IMG/VR virus record: IMGVR_UViG_3300027418_000370
Direction: 5' to 3' (one strand)
Length of the DNA stretch: 64,000 nt
Source of the DNA: a virus
Below the pieces are notes generated by a model. It made no database searches. It saw only the letters and a list, made by a program, of their open reading frames with translations, and was not told the origin of the DNA. Of this stretch, positions 1-9,152 are shown piece after piece (positions within the stretch are counted from its first letter, which is position 1; every line of letters begins with the position of its first letter). Position numbers and translations under genes: made by a program.

Positions 1-1361
1 TAGGTGGTGGTGTAGGTATTAGCTTATCCCGTGTTAGAGAAAGAGGAACAGCTATCACCGGTAACGGTAACTCAGAAGGTGTAGTGCCATGGGCTAAGAT
101 TTACGATTCAACTATTATTGCAACCAACCAGGGTGCTGTACGTAGAGGAGCAGCCTCTGTTAACTTAGATATCAATCATGGAGACATCAAAGAATTCCTC
201 CAAATCAGACGTCCAAAAGGAGACCCAAATAGACAGTGTCTCAACCTACACCAATGCGTTGTGGTGGATGATGAGTTCATGCGCAAGCTTGAACGACGAG
301 ATCAAGAAGCGGTCGAACTCTGGGTTGAAATCCTCAAATCAAGAGTAGAGACTGGAGAGCCTTATCTTATGTTTAAGGACAACGTTAACAACGATAATCC
401 TCAGGCATACGTTAAGAACAACCTAGACGTTAGTATGACTAACATCTGTACTGAGATTACTCTACATACAGACGAAGAGCATTCATTTATCTGCTGCTTA
501 AGTTCAGTAAACTTAGCTAAGTATGATGAATGGAAAGACTCAGACTTGATTGAAACTGCTGTTTACTTCCTAGACGGAGTAATGGAAGAGTTTTTATATA
601 AGACCGACGGTAAGGATTCACTTGCCCGCTCACATCGTTCAGCTAAAAAAGGTCGTGCAATCGGACTAGGAGTTCTAGGATGGCATACTTTCTTACAGCA
701 AAAAGGATTGCCATTCGTATCTGTTGCTTCTACGGCATGGACAAACCGAATCTTCTCACAGATCAGAACACAAGCCGAAGCTGCTTCAAGAAAATTAGCT
801 GAAGAATATGGAGAACCAGAATGGTGTAAAGGCACGGGAATGCGCAACACGCATTTGCTCGCGATTGCTCCGACTGTTAGCAATAGTTCTATTTCCGGAG
901 GTGTATCTGCTGGTATCGAGCCGTTACCTGCTAACATCTATACGTTCAATAGCGGTAAGGGTACGTTCATTCGTAAGAACCCGGTGCTCGAACAATACTT
1001 AGAAGACAAAGGTCACAATACTGATGAGGTATGGGACATCATTATGAAGGATAGAGGTTCAGTTATCAACGTACCTGAAGCTGTTATGCCCGCAGCTGAC
1101 AAAGAGATCTTCTACACCTTTACCGAGATCAATCAGCTAGCATTAGTAGAGCAGGCTGCCGTACGTCAGAAATATATCGACCAGACTCAGTCATTAAACT
1201 TAGCTTTTGATCCTACAGACAGTCCTAAGTTCATCAACTTAGTTCATCAGACAGCTTGGAAGTTAGGTATCAAGACCCTTTACTACCTACGTACCGACTC
1301 AGTAATTAACGGCGATATTGGCTCTAGAACTAACGAGGATTGCTTAAGCTGTGATGGGTAA
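1..1361 (+). CDS. nrdA: Class I ribonucleotide reductase alpha subunit (5'-truncated by window edge)
   Basis: Frame open from position 3 (GGGVG...); TNICTEI radical Cys motif, GEPY, IAPTVSNS, GIKTLYYLR, C-terminal CLSCDG. Confidence 0.96.
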   Translation, partial: GGGVGISLSRVRERGTAITGNGNSEGVVPWAKIYDSTIIATNQGAVRRGAASVNLDINHGDIKEFLQIRRPKGDPNRQCLNLHQCVVVDDEFMRKLERRDQEAVELWVEILKSRVETGEPYLMFKDNVNNDNPQAYVKNNLDVSMTNICTEITLHTDEEHSFICCLSSVNLAKYDEWKDSDLIETAVYFLDGVMEEFLYKTDGKDSLARSHRSAKKGRAIGLGVLGWHTFLQQKGLPFVSVASTAWTNRIFSQIRTQAEAASRKLAEEYGEPEWCKGTGMRNTHLLAIAPTVSNSSISGGVSAGIEPLPANIYTFNSGKGTFIRKNPVLEQYLEDKGHNTDEVWDIIMKDRGSVINVPEAVMPAADKEIFYTFTEINQLALVEQAAVRQKYIDQTQSLNLAFDPTDSPKFINLVHQTAWKLGIKTLYYLRTDSVINGDIGSRTNEDCLSCDG

Positions 1362-1383
1362 TATTTATAATAAATCTTTGAAT

Positions 1384-1695
1384 ATGAAATTATCTGATAT
1401 TATCCTAGAAGGAACCTACGACGTTGAAGGAATTACAGCTGACAACGTAGAAAAAGTAGATATTACTTTTGTAGACGGCAAGACCATGTTATACGGAGTA
1501 TACGTCTACCTAAAAGACGGAAGCGGTACAAACTGGGATAAGAAACTTCATAGTAAAGAAGCTCAAAGGATGCTAGACATCTTAGGAATTGACATTGACT
1601 TTCAGTCAGATCCTTATGAAGCTCACGGTGCAGTAATTAAAGCACTAAAAGAAAAAGGAATTAAAGCAGATACATCAGAGTTCGATGTAAGTTAA
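1384..1695 (+). CDS. Hypothetical protein, possible head-internal protein
   Basis: ATG at 1384 follows a TATTTATA motif; N-terminus MKLSDIILE. Confidence 0.6.
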   Translation: MKLSDIILEGTYDVEGITADNVEKVDITFVDGKTMLYGVYVYLKDGSGTNWDKKLHSKEAQRMLDILGIDIDFQSDPYEAHGAVIKALKEKGIKADTSEFDVS

Positions 1696-1700
1696 AAAAG

Positions 1701-1724
1701 AAAGGGCCTAACGGCCCTTTTTTT
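1701..1724. terminator. Bidirectional intrinsic terminator
   Basis: AAAGGGCC-TAAC-GGCCCTTT with A and T tracts, between convergent ORFs. Confidence 0.85.
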
Positions 1725-1944
1725 ATTTGTTTAAGTCTCGATTGTTTCGAGTCTTTTCTAACATTAACGCATACTCCATTGGAGTCAGTGTGGTTCGAGT
1801 TACGATTACTACCTTATCTTCGTAGATAAGAGCCTGTCTTTCTCGATTTAGCTCTTTAGAGATGTGCTCTGTAGCTAAAGCCTGAGGGGCTGAACATGAT
1901 GCCATCAAGATCAACCCTGAAATGAATAAGAGTGCTTTTTTCAT
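1723..1944 (-). CDS. Small lipoprotein
   Basis: MKKALLFISGLILMASC lipobox; own minus-strand promoter at about 1983-2014. Confidence 0.75.
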   Translation of the reverse strand: MKKALLFISGLILMASCSAPQALATEHISKELNRERQALIYEDKVVIVTRTTLTPMEYALMLEKTRNNRDLNK

Positions 1945-1982
1945 GGGTCTTAATATTATATTAATACATAGTTAAACTTCTC

Positions 1983-2029
1983 TTAATATACGAAAAAGTT
2001 GTTTAAATGCAAACTAGTTCTTATATTTA
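1983..2029. promoter_or_regulatory. Overlapping divergent Bacteroidota-type promoters
   Basis: + strand GTTG-N20-TATATTTA; - strand TTTG-N19-TATATTAA. Confidence 0.7.
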
Positions 2030-2046
2030 TAGAAACGAAAGAGGTT

Positions 2047-2241
2047 ATGAAAAGAAAAGAGTTATTAGAACACAAACGAGCCGAACTGCTCAACGAACTA
2101 TTTGATGTCGTTGACCAACTGCACTCTTCTATCTTTGAGACAGTAGAGCAGATGACCGGACTGGCCGAGCGCCAGGTATCTTTAGAGAGAAACCTCTCGA
2201 AGATTAACGAAAGTATTGCTAGACTTAATTCTGAAAAATAA
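2047..2241 (+). CDS. Hypothetical coiled-coil protein
   Basis: GAGGTTATG start after promoter. Confidence 0.65.
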   Translation: MKRKELLEHKRAELLNELFDVVDQLHSSIFETVEQMTGLAERQVSLERNLSKINESIARLNSEK

Positions 2242-2242
2242 T

Positions 2243-2809
2243 ATGCTTTATACTTACGACAAAAAGAACTTGCAGTTTAAGAAGTTAGATCGCAAGAAAG
2301 CTCTAATGCTTATAGGAGGAATCTTTGCGATACTAGCCTTTAGTACAAGCATTACCCCGGGTATACGTACATCCAAAGAAACTATCACAATAGTTGAACA
2401 CGATACTGTATATACTCAGAAATTCTCAGAAGAGAACTTAATTCGTTATATGAAGGAACTAAACATTAAGTATCCTCATATTGTATTAGCTCAAGCACGA
2501 ATTGAATCAGGAACGTATACTTCGAACATTTTCAAAGAGAATAACAACCTCTTTGGTATGAAGAAAGCTTATCAACGAGCTACTACAGCCATAGGACGTA
2601 ATCGAGGTCATGCTCAATACGATCATTGGACTCATTCGGTAATCGATTATGCTTTGTGGCAGAATAAGTACCTAAGTAGAGCTAGAAACGAAACTGAATA
2701 CTACCAGTACCTAGGTAAGCACTATGCAGAAGCAGGTCATTACATTGCTTCTTTAAAAGCAAAGATAAAGAAAGAAGGTTTGGAAGATTTAGTAGAATAT
2801 ACTCATTAA
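2243..2809 (+). CDS. Membrane-anchored GH73 glucosaminidase-like peptidoglycan hydrolase
   Basis: N-terminal TM; AQARIESG...NNLFGMK...YA motifs. Confidence 0.8.
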   Translation: MLYTYDKKNLQFKKLDRKKALMLIGGIFAILAFSTSITPGIRTSKETITIVEHDTVYTQKFSEENLIRYMKELNIKYPHIVLAQARIESGTYTSNIFKENNNLFGMKKAYQRATTAIGRNRGHAQYDHWTHSVIDYALWQNKYLSRARNETEYYQYLGKHYAEAGHYIASLKAKIKKEGLEDLVEYTH

Positions 2810-3030
2810 TGAGATTCAGATCAGGTAAATATAAGGATTACACATACCAAGAGGTATGGGAGATTGATCCGGGTTATATGTATTGGGTGCAGGAGAACAG
2901 ACCTGAGATGTTTCGCACTCCTAAACCTAAAGCAGTACCTCAAAAAGCTCCTCAAATGTCTGAGGAAGATCTAGAGAGCTACAACTACAATAAAAATATT
3001 CGTCCGGCAACTTTAGATGAAGCATTTTAA
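2809..3030 (+). CDS. Small protein with (F/S)GKYK...PGY-W motif (DUF3820-like)
   Basis: RFRSGKYKD...IDPGYMYWV. Confidence 0.55.
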   Translation: MRFRSGKYKDYTYQEVWEIDPGYMYWVQENRPEMFRTPKPKAVPQKAPQMSEEDLESYNYNKNIRPATLDEAF

Positions 3031-3085
3031 AGTTGTAGATCTGAAAGATAGTTCTTATATTTAGGTATAAAGTGATTAAGGTTAT

Positions 3086-3538
3086 ATGAAGTACACAAAC
3101 AGATACGGAGACGTTTATACATTTACCAAACAGGAAGATGGTAATGTATTGTGGGAAGGTAGTTTTAAATGGTGCCGATATGGTTGGCCTAACGTCTATA
3201 AAGACGCTTATCAGCAATACCGCAAGGACGGAGGTGATATGCATATTCAGGACTTTGAGAAGGAAGTACACAGGTATGACGATGTCACATTTGAGTATTC
3301 TGAAATCTCTAAGAAGTACCAATCACTAGTATATTCAGATACAAAAAACATCAGTATGGTTGATCCATCTGGCGGTCCTTATTTGACCAGAGGTATTGAT
3401 CTTGGAGAGTATTTAGGTAAAGAATTTGAAAACAGAATTGTAAGTTCATTTGAACCCGTAAAAACTGGTTATTTGATTAAGACTTATGGTAAGTTTGATC
3501 ATTTACAAGACAGAGATATTATAGGAGGTATTATATGA
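3086..3538 (+). CDS. Hypothetical protein
   Basis: ORF directly after promoter at about 3031-3063. Confidence 0.7.
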   Translation: MKYTNRYGDVYTFTKQEDGNVLWEGSFKWCRYGWPNVYKDAYQQYRKDGGDMHIQDFEKEVHRYDDVTFEYSEISKKYQSLVYSDTKNISMVDPSGGPYLTRGIDLGEYLGKEFENRIVSSFEPVKTGYLIKTYGKFDHLQDRDIIGGII

Positions 3539-4053
3539 GGACTAAATTTAAAATAAAAGAAAATAAAACATTTAGCCAAAAAGCTAAATCGTTCGGTCAA
3601 TCTATGTTATTCTGGAAAGGTCGTAAGAAAGGTATGATTCATACTCGTGACTTAGAATGGGATGATTTACGTTACATTTTCTTTCCTAAAGGATATGAAA
3701 AATATGGCTACTTAGGTATGATACCTTACGATAAAGATAGTGATATTGGTAAAGCAATGTTCCCTCTAATACTAGCAATGGATTATGAAGCGAAACCGAA
3801 ATGGTGTCCAAGATGGTTTCTACGTTTTTTAGAAGTGTTTGGAAATGATAAAAGTATTGTGAGGGTTCGTAATCGTAAATTATCAAACCTACATCGTAAA
3901 CTAACTAAAGGTATACTGATGTGGGATTATAAAACTAAATGGTATCACTATGATTTAAGAATCTCAATATCAGCACCAAAACATTTACAAAATCTTGCGT
4001 CGGACATTGAGCACGGATTTTACAGACGAGGACAAAAACAAGAAGAGGAATGA
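3535..4053 (+). CDS. Hypothetical basic protein
   Basis: ATGA-coupled ORF. Confidence 0.7.
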   Translation: MRTKFKIKENKTFSQKAKSFGQSMLFWKGRKKGMIHTRDLEWDDLRYIFFPKGYEKYGYLGMIPYDKDSDIGKAMFPLILAMDYEAKPKWCPRWFLRFLEVFGNDKSIVRVRNRKLSNLHRKLTKGILMWDYKTKWYHYDLRISISAPKHLQNLASDIEHGFYRRGQKQEEE

Positions 4054-5050
4054 ATAAAGCAGAAATAGTTCAAAGATTATTGGAGAATAATCATATTACA
4101 GCAGAAGAAGCAGTAATACTCCTTGTAGAAAACCAAGTAACACAAGTAACGCTACCACCTTATTCTCCAAATAGTACCAAGAATCCATACGAACCACCAT
4201 TTGAAATAACTTGTAACACCAAAGAGAAATGAGCAAGTTAAAACAAACCAAAATCCCAATGACATTAGAAGATAATGTCTTGAAGGTTGCTCTTGAACAA
4301 AATGTAATTGAAAACGAATTCAATTGGAAACTGGTTCGTGAACGAGACGGACTAACCAATGAATCTAAGGAAGTAATGTGGGTTGAATGGAATGAAGAAG
4401 GTAAGTTTAAATCCAAACACGATGAACCAGCAGTAGAACGTTCATTGATTATGTCTCCATTCAATCAGTTTTTTACTTGGCAAACAACTCCTATTACAGA
4501 GGTGTTGGAAAAACGAGAAAATTTTCTTAAATTTAAGACTAAGAACTCAGTATACGAATTATGGAAGCTATCTTAAAATTTAATCTGCCTGAAGACAATC
4601 AAGAGTTTGAACTTGCAACTAAAGCTCAAGATTGGTGGAATGTTTGTTGGGATATGGATCAATGGCTAAGAGCTCAGTATAAGTATATGCCTGATGAAGG
4701 ATTTAGCAAAGATAAGTACGATGCTTATGTTCAAGCTAGAGAAAAGTTATTTGAGTTTATGAGTGAGCATGGTGTAAGTTTAGATGATGTATCGTAGTGT
4801 TATGACAGAAGAAATTTTTAAAGAGCTAGGCTTTCAGCGTAACGAAGTCACTCCAGAAGAATCAGGTTACGAATACACCTTTTACTACTACACCGCTGAT
4901 ATCGGGGATATCTGTATAATGTCTAACTCAGATGATGAAGCGGCAAAGAACGGCTGGGAAGCTATGATCTTTGACTCTAGAACCCTAAGTATCAAAGGAG
5001 AAGGAGATCTAAAAGATTTAGTTCGAATTCTAAAAAATAATACGTTATGA
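4050..5050 (+). CDS. Four coupled small hypothetical ORFs (4050-4232, 4229-4576, 4561-4797, ~4784-5050)
   Basis: Overlapping stop/start codons; phage-like small ORFs. Confidence 0.65.
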
Positions 5051-5175
5051 AAAAAGCTGAACGAATAATGAAGTCGGAAGCTGCTCGTAAGCGCCGTCGA
5101 TCTATTAAAGAACTGCGTCAGGCAGTTCAAGAGCGGTTATTTAGTATATTACGTAAAAAACGCAAAAAGAAGTGA
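5047..5175 (+). CDS. 42-aa very basic peptide (not in ORF track)
   Basis: MKKAERIMKSEAARKRRRSIKELRQAVQERLFSILRKKRKKK; ATGA-coupled to upstream ORF. Confidence 0.55.
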   Translation: MKKAERIMKSEAARKRRRSIKELRQAVQERLFSILRKKRKKK

Positions 5176-5326
5176 AGCGAGGACACCATATGTCAAGAGA
5201 TAGAAAAGTAGAGATCGTTAGAACTGTACTGGGTAGAGCTAAAGGATTGACTATGCTTCATGGAGAGAAGCTAGTACAGCACGTAGCAAATTCAATTACA
5301 CTATACGAAAAACACATACCAGAAAA

Positions 5327-5463
5327 TGATTGAGCTTATTAAGCACTCGTTAGGTTTTTGTGGAGAGCACTGGCATCCAAATCTTTTTACAATTTCAGCA
5401 TCAGGAGTTGGAATCCTGCCAGCTTTTTCATATATTAAGTATAAATTAAAAAGAACAAAGTAA
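5327..5463 (+). CDS. Small membrane peptide (not in ORF track; ends approximate)
   Basis: MIELIKHSLGFCGEHWHPNLF... followed by a hydrophobic stretch. Confidence 0.5.
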
Positions 5464-5569
5464 TGGACAGTTTTATGGCTATTGTGCCTTTTATTGCAAT
5501 CGGAACTATGGCGTTCCTATTCTTGCAGTTTATTGTGGATGTAATCCGCGGTAAGTACCGTACCGAAAA

Positions 5570-6019
5570 ATGAAAAAATTAATCTTAGGTCTATTTGTTA
5601 CCTTAACCGCTCTTAGCGCTTACGGTCAAAAGCCTACTGAGGAACCGAGTGTACTAATCACTCGCAATACTTCCACCCAGCGTATGGTTTGGAGTGATGT
5701 AGAAGACGAATGGATGTTCTTCGATTTAGTCGATCGTCATTCAGATAATAATGTTTGGCTTTCGTACTTCAACGATAACGGAAGCGGTTACATGAAAATG
5801 GTCCGAGTATCAACCGGTGAAGAGTTTGCATTTACTATTTACGATTATGAGATGCGAGAAAATGACCAAGGCCAGTACCTCTGGATTGATGCTCTTCAAG
5901 TACACGATGGACAAAAGGTTACTATCCTGGTACAGGAATACGGTCAGGGAATAAAGATGGTTACTATCTTTATGCCTACTAGTAAAGTAGTTTTATATTT
6001 TGATACTGAAAAGCTTTAA
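5570..6019 (+). CDS. Secreted hypothetical protein
   Basis: Signal peptide ending AYG-Q (Bacteroidota Q-rule). Confidence 0.7.
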   Translation: MKKLILGLFVTLTALSAYGQKPTEEPSVLITRNTSTQRMVWSDVEDEWMFFDLVDRHSDNNVWLSYFNDNGSGYMKMVRVSTGEEFAFTIYDYEMRENDQGQYLWIDALQVHDGQKVTILVQEYGQGIKMVTIFMPTSKVVLYFDTEKL

Positions 6020-6021
6020 TT

Positions 6022-6207
6022 ATGGCTAAATTAATTAGAGTAGAAACAGACTACCGTTACTACGCAGTAGAGCTAACTGAAGAACAGTTACAGCGGTATA
6101 ACTCAGGCGACGATGATCTCGTAGATGAGGTAATGGATGAAGTTTACGATGAAATGGAAAATGTTCGTACTAAAGATGGTGGAACTGAATATTATATTGA
6201 AGAATAA
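6022..6207 (+). CDS. Small acidic hypothetical protein
   Basis: Coupled ORF. Confidence 0.6.
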   Translation: MAKLIRVETDYRYYAVELTEEQLQRYNSGDDDLVDEVMDEVYDEMENVRTKDGGTEYYIEE

Positions 6208-6704
6208 TGGCAAATACTTGTAGAACAGATGTAAAAATTGTTGCTTCAAAAGAAGCAGTTGACTTTTTGTATGGAAAGTTTGAAAATATGAATGATGGGA
6301 AGTATCCAAATGAAAAGGAAACTCCACATATTGTAGATGTATTTGGTGCTGATGCTGAATTATTTATTGATAAAGTAGGTTCAAAGTGGATTACAATTTA
6401 CGATTATAGCACCTATGAGAATGAATTTGAAGTTAGCTTTGAATCAGCTTGGTATCCACCATCAGATCTATTGAAAGAAATGCATCGACAGTTGATGGCT
6501 ATTGATCCGGATGCTACATTTACAGCACGTTATTGGGATGAAGCATACGATCCTATTGGAGTAATTAAGATTACAGATGCCGGCCAGTACCTAACTGTTG
6601 AGACCGAACCTGAGCCTGAAGACGAATTCGAAGGTGAGTACTACTGGGATGATGTAATCGATCCAGAGTTTGCTCGACTAGAAAGAAAATTAGGAATAGC
6701 GTAA
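6207..6704 (+). CDS. YubB/Api92 (DUF1281-like) ferredoxin-fold protein
   Basis: MAN-C start and FESAWYPP motif. Confidence 0.6.
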   Translation: MANTCRTDVKIVASKEAVDFLYGKFENMNDGKYPNEKETPHIVDVFGADAELFIDKVGSKWITIYDYSTYENEFEVSFESAWYPPSDLLKEMHRQLMAIDPDATFTARYWDEAYDPIGVIKITDAGQYLTVETEPEPEDEFEGEYYWDDVIDPEFARLERKLGIA

Positions 6705-6728
6705 GCCTATACGCTTAAAATACCTGGC
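6698..6728 (+). promoter_or_regulatory. Putative H-type pseudoknot in the queC leader
   Basis: AGCGTA/TACGCT stem; loop GCC can pair with GGC after an A-rich linker. Confidence 0.4.
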
Positions 6729-6748
6729 AGTTATAAATTATATTTAAA

Positions 6749-7573
6749 ATGGCAAAACACGTTGTTGTTAGTCTTTCAGGAGGGATGGACTCCTCTACGT
6801 TACTTCTAAAAGCTCTTAAAGAGTTTGATACAGTAACAGCAATGTCTTTTGATTACGGTCAAAAGCACAGAGTAGAGCTTGAAAGAGCTCAAGAGTTGGT
6901 AAAGTACTTGAGTGATAACGGTCACTCTGTTAATTACCGAGTAATCAAACTAGACGGCTTGGTTGACCTGCTCAACTCGGCTCTAGTAACAGGTGGTGCT
7001 GAAGTACCTGAAGGTCATTACGCAGAAGAGAATATGAAAGCTACTGTTGTACCGAACCGAAACAAAATCTTCAGTTCAATTTCTCAAGCTGTAGCACTTT
7101 CTATTGCAAATGAAACTCAGGAAGAAACTTCCATTGCGTTGGGCATTCATGCTGGTGATCATGCGATCTATCCGGACTGCCGACAGGAATTTCGGGATGC
7201 AGATGACGCTGCTTTCCGCACTGGTAACTGGGACGCTGAGCGCGTATCTTATTGGACTCCTTATCTTGAAGGCGATAAGTTTACTATTCTAGAAGACGGA
7301 CTGGTATTATGTGAGAAGCTAGGAATAGACTTTGATGAAGTTTATAAGCGTACTAACACCTCTTATAAGCCAATCAAGTACTATCACCGTCCAGAGACTA
7401 ATGCCTGGACTTGGTACTCAGACTACAAATCAGCTTCTTCAGTAGAGCGTATTGAAGCTTTTATTAAGCTAGGACGACCTGATCCTGTAGCGTACGCTGA
7501 TGAGACCGGCCCAGTGAGCTGGGAGGTAGCACGTGAGCATGTTGAAAAAGTTTTAGCAGCACACGCAAATTAA
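6749..7573 (+). CDS. queC: 7-cyano-7-deazaguanine synthase
   Basis: SGGMDS, FDYGQKH, VPNRN, HAGDHAIYPDCR. Confidence 0.96.
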   Translation: MAKHVVVSLSGGMDSSTLLLKALKEFDTVTAMSFDYGQKHRVELERAQELVKYLSDNGHSVNYRVIKLDGLVDLLNSALVTGGAEVPEGHYAEENMKATVVPNRNKIFSSISQAVALSIANETQEETSIALGIHAGDHAIYPDCRQEFRDADDAAFRTGNWDAERVSYWTPYLEGDKFTILEDGLVLCEKLGIDFDEVYKRTNTSYKPIKYYHRPETNAWTWYSDYKSASSVERIEAFIKLGRPDPVAYADETGPVSWEVAREHVEKVLAAHAN

Positions 7574-7576
7574 TTA

Positions 7577-7616
7577 GGGGGGAGCTTGTCTCCCTCCCTA
7601 TTTATTCTTATATTAA
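7577..7616 (+). terminator. Hairpin overlapping a promoter
   Basis: GGGGGGAG...CTCCCTCCC hairpin with embedded TTG-N20-TATATTAA. Confidence 0.5.
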
Positions 7617-7646
7617 GAGTGTCGGAGCACCACTATAAAAACACCG
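7617..7646 (+). promoter_or_regulatory. preQ1-I-like riboswitch aptamer (copy 2)
   Basis: AGTG-TCGGAGCAC-CACT-ATAAAAA-CACC; heads the unit containing queD/queE. Confidence 0.6.
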
Positions 7647-7647
7647 G

Positions 7648-8241
7648 ATGAAAAAGTTACTACTATTATTACCTCTGCTCTGGGCTTGTGAAACGATTGA
7701 GCCCTATGTTCCTGAACCTTGTCAGGAATGTACTACTATTCATAGAGTAGATACTATTCAACATCCTGGAACTTATTATCAAGACGGATACTGGCATTTA
7801 CAATATTCAGGTATAAATTACTTCCAGGTTATCGGTCAGTTAGATTCCCTACATCCTCAATATGTTATAAATGGAGTACCGCTACTTCAAGTAGTATATG
7901 ATAGCGATACCTGGTATGTATTTGATACCATTGCTATGCAAATACCTCTGTACTCTCCATTTACTTCCCAATATACTTCCCCAAGCTTTAATTACCCTAT
8001 CTCAACAGGAGATACTACAATCTATATTACAAATCCTAACTACATTATAAATGCAGTAGGTTATACGTTTGGAAGTACAAACTTTGTGAATGCTATGCAC
8101 ACATACCAGCCCCGGTGTGAAGTACTGGTGTTTGAAGAGATGGTGGGAGATACGATTAATGTCTTCACAAGAACGCGTTATAACTACGATCTAGGTACTC
8201 AGATAATAGTAAACGATACAATTAAAGTTATAGTAGAATGA
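7648..8241 (+). CDS. Lipoprotein
   Basis: MKKLLLLLPLLWAC lipobox. Confidence 0.75.
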   Translation: MKKLLLLLPLLWACETIEPYVPEPCQECTTIHRVDTIQHPGTYYQDGYWHLQYSGINYFQVIGQLDSLHPQYVINGVPLLQVVYDSDTWYVFDTIAMQIPLYSPFTSQYTSPSFNYPISTGDTTIYITNPNYIINAVGYTFGSTNFVNAMHTYQPRCEVLVFEEMVGDTINVFTRTRYNYDLGTQIIVNDTIKVIVE

Positions 8242-8444
8242 AAAAACAGTTATTAGTAGAGCCTGTTCTTCCGAAAAGTAAGAACATTGAAAAGATGCCT
8301 GATCAGAAATGGCATCAAATTATCTCATTTATTAAATCCGGAGTCCGTATTCTTGGTTACGCACTGCTTATTGTTGATATCCCAACAGCAATGGTGGTAC
8401 TGGTCTTGAGTGAGGCAGTCGGCATAATCGAAGAATTAGTATGA
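8238..8444 (+). CDS. Small membrane protein
   Basis: C-terminal hydrophobic hairpin ending GIIEELV. Confidence 0.65.
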   Translation: MKKQLLVEPVLPKSKNIEKMPDQKWHQIISFIKSGVRILGYALLIVDIPTAMVVLVLSEAVGIIEELV

Positions 8445-8701
8445 AGTATTTGTATTTCTCAGCACCTTGGTGCGGTCCTTGTAGAATGTTAGGTCCAACA
8501 ATGGAAAAAGTAGCAGCAGAAGGAATTGCTGTAGAAAAAATTAACATCGATACGGAAGAGCTCCTAACGATGGAATACACAGTCCGCAGTGTACCTACTG
8601 TAGTACTGATTGATGATTCTGGAAAAGAATTTGCTCGTACAGTTGGCGCTAAGCCATTAAGTCACTATATTGAACAATATAATAATTTTACAAATGTATA
8701 A
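8441..8701 (+). CDS. trxA: Thioredoxin
   Basis: WCGPC; VRSVPT cis-Pro motif. Confidence 0.9.
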   Translation: MKYLYFSAPWCGPCRMLGPTMEKVAAEGIAVEKINIDTEELLTMEYTVRSVPTVVLIDDSGKEFARTVGAKPLSHYIEQYNNFTNV

Positions 8702-9152
8702 GTCAAGAAAGAAGTTTGATGGCTTTAGTACTTGCTTCCGTCAATGGAAAGCGAATACTACACACTGTCAGTACCTACACGGCTATGATGTAGAGTTTGA
8801 AGTAACGTTTGAAGGAGATCTCGATCACCGTAACTGGGTATGGGACTTCGGAGGTATGAAGCGAGCTAAGAACCTGATCGACGGTATGCAACCTAAAGAA
8901 TGGATGGAGCATATGTTCGATCATACTGTAGTTGTAGCAGAAGACGATCCTGAACTAGATAACTTCAGAGATATGGCCGACAGAGGCGTTATTCAGTTAC
9001 GAGTAGTAGAGGCAGTAGGTGCAGAGAAATTTGCTGAATTTCTTTACCACAAGCTAAATGACTTCGTACAGACAGAGACAGACGGCCGAGTTAAGGTCAT
9101 TAAAGTTAAATTTATGGAGAACCACAAAAACTCAGCAATCTATGGCGCTTAA
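8694..9152 (+). CDS. queD: 6-carboxytetrahydropterin synthase
   Basis: C-x-x-LHGY, WVWDFG, FDH, AEKFA; que context. Confidence 0.9.
   Translation: MYKSRKKFDGFSTCFRQWKANTTHCQYLHGYDVEFEVTFEGDLDHRNWVWDFGGMKRAKNLIDGMQPKEWMEHMFDHTVVVAEDDPELDNFRDMADRGVIQLRVVEAVGAEKFAEFLYHKLNDFVQTETDGRVKVIKVKFMENHKNSAIYGA

Noticed and set aside
5047-5175. Phage ribosomal protein bS21
   Set aside because: Basic, but lacks the KPS motif and N-terminal fold pattern
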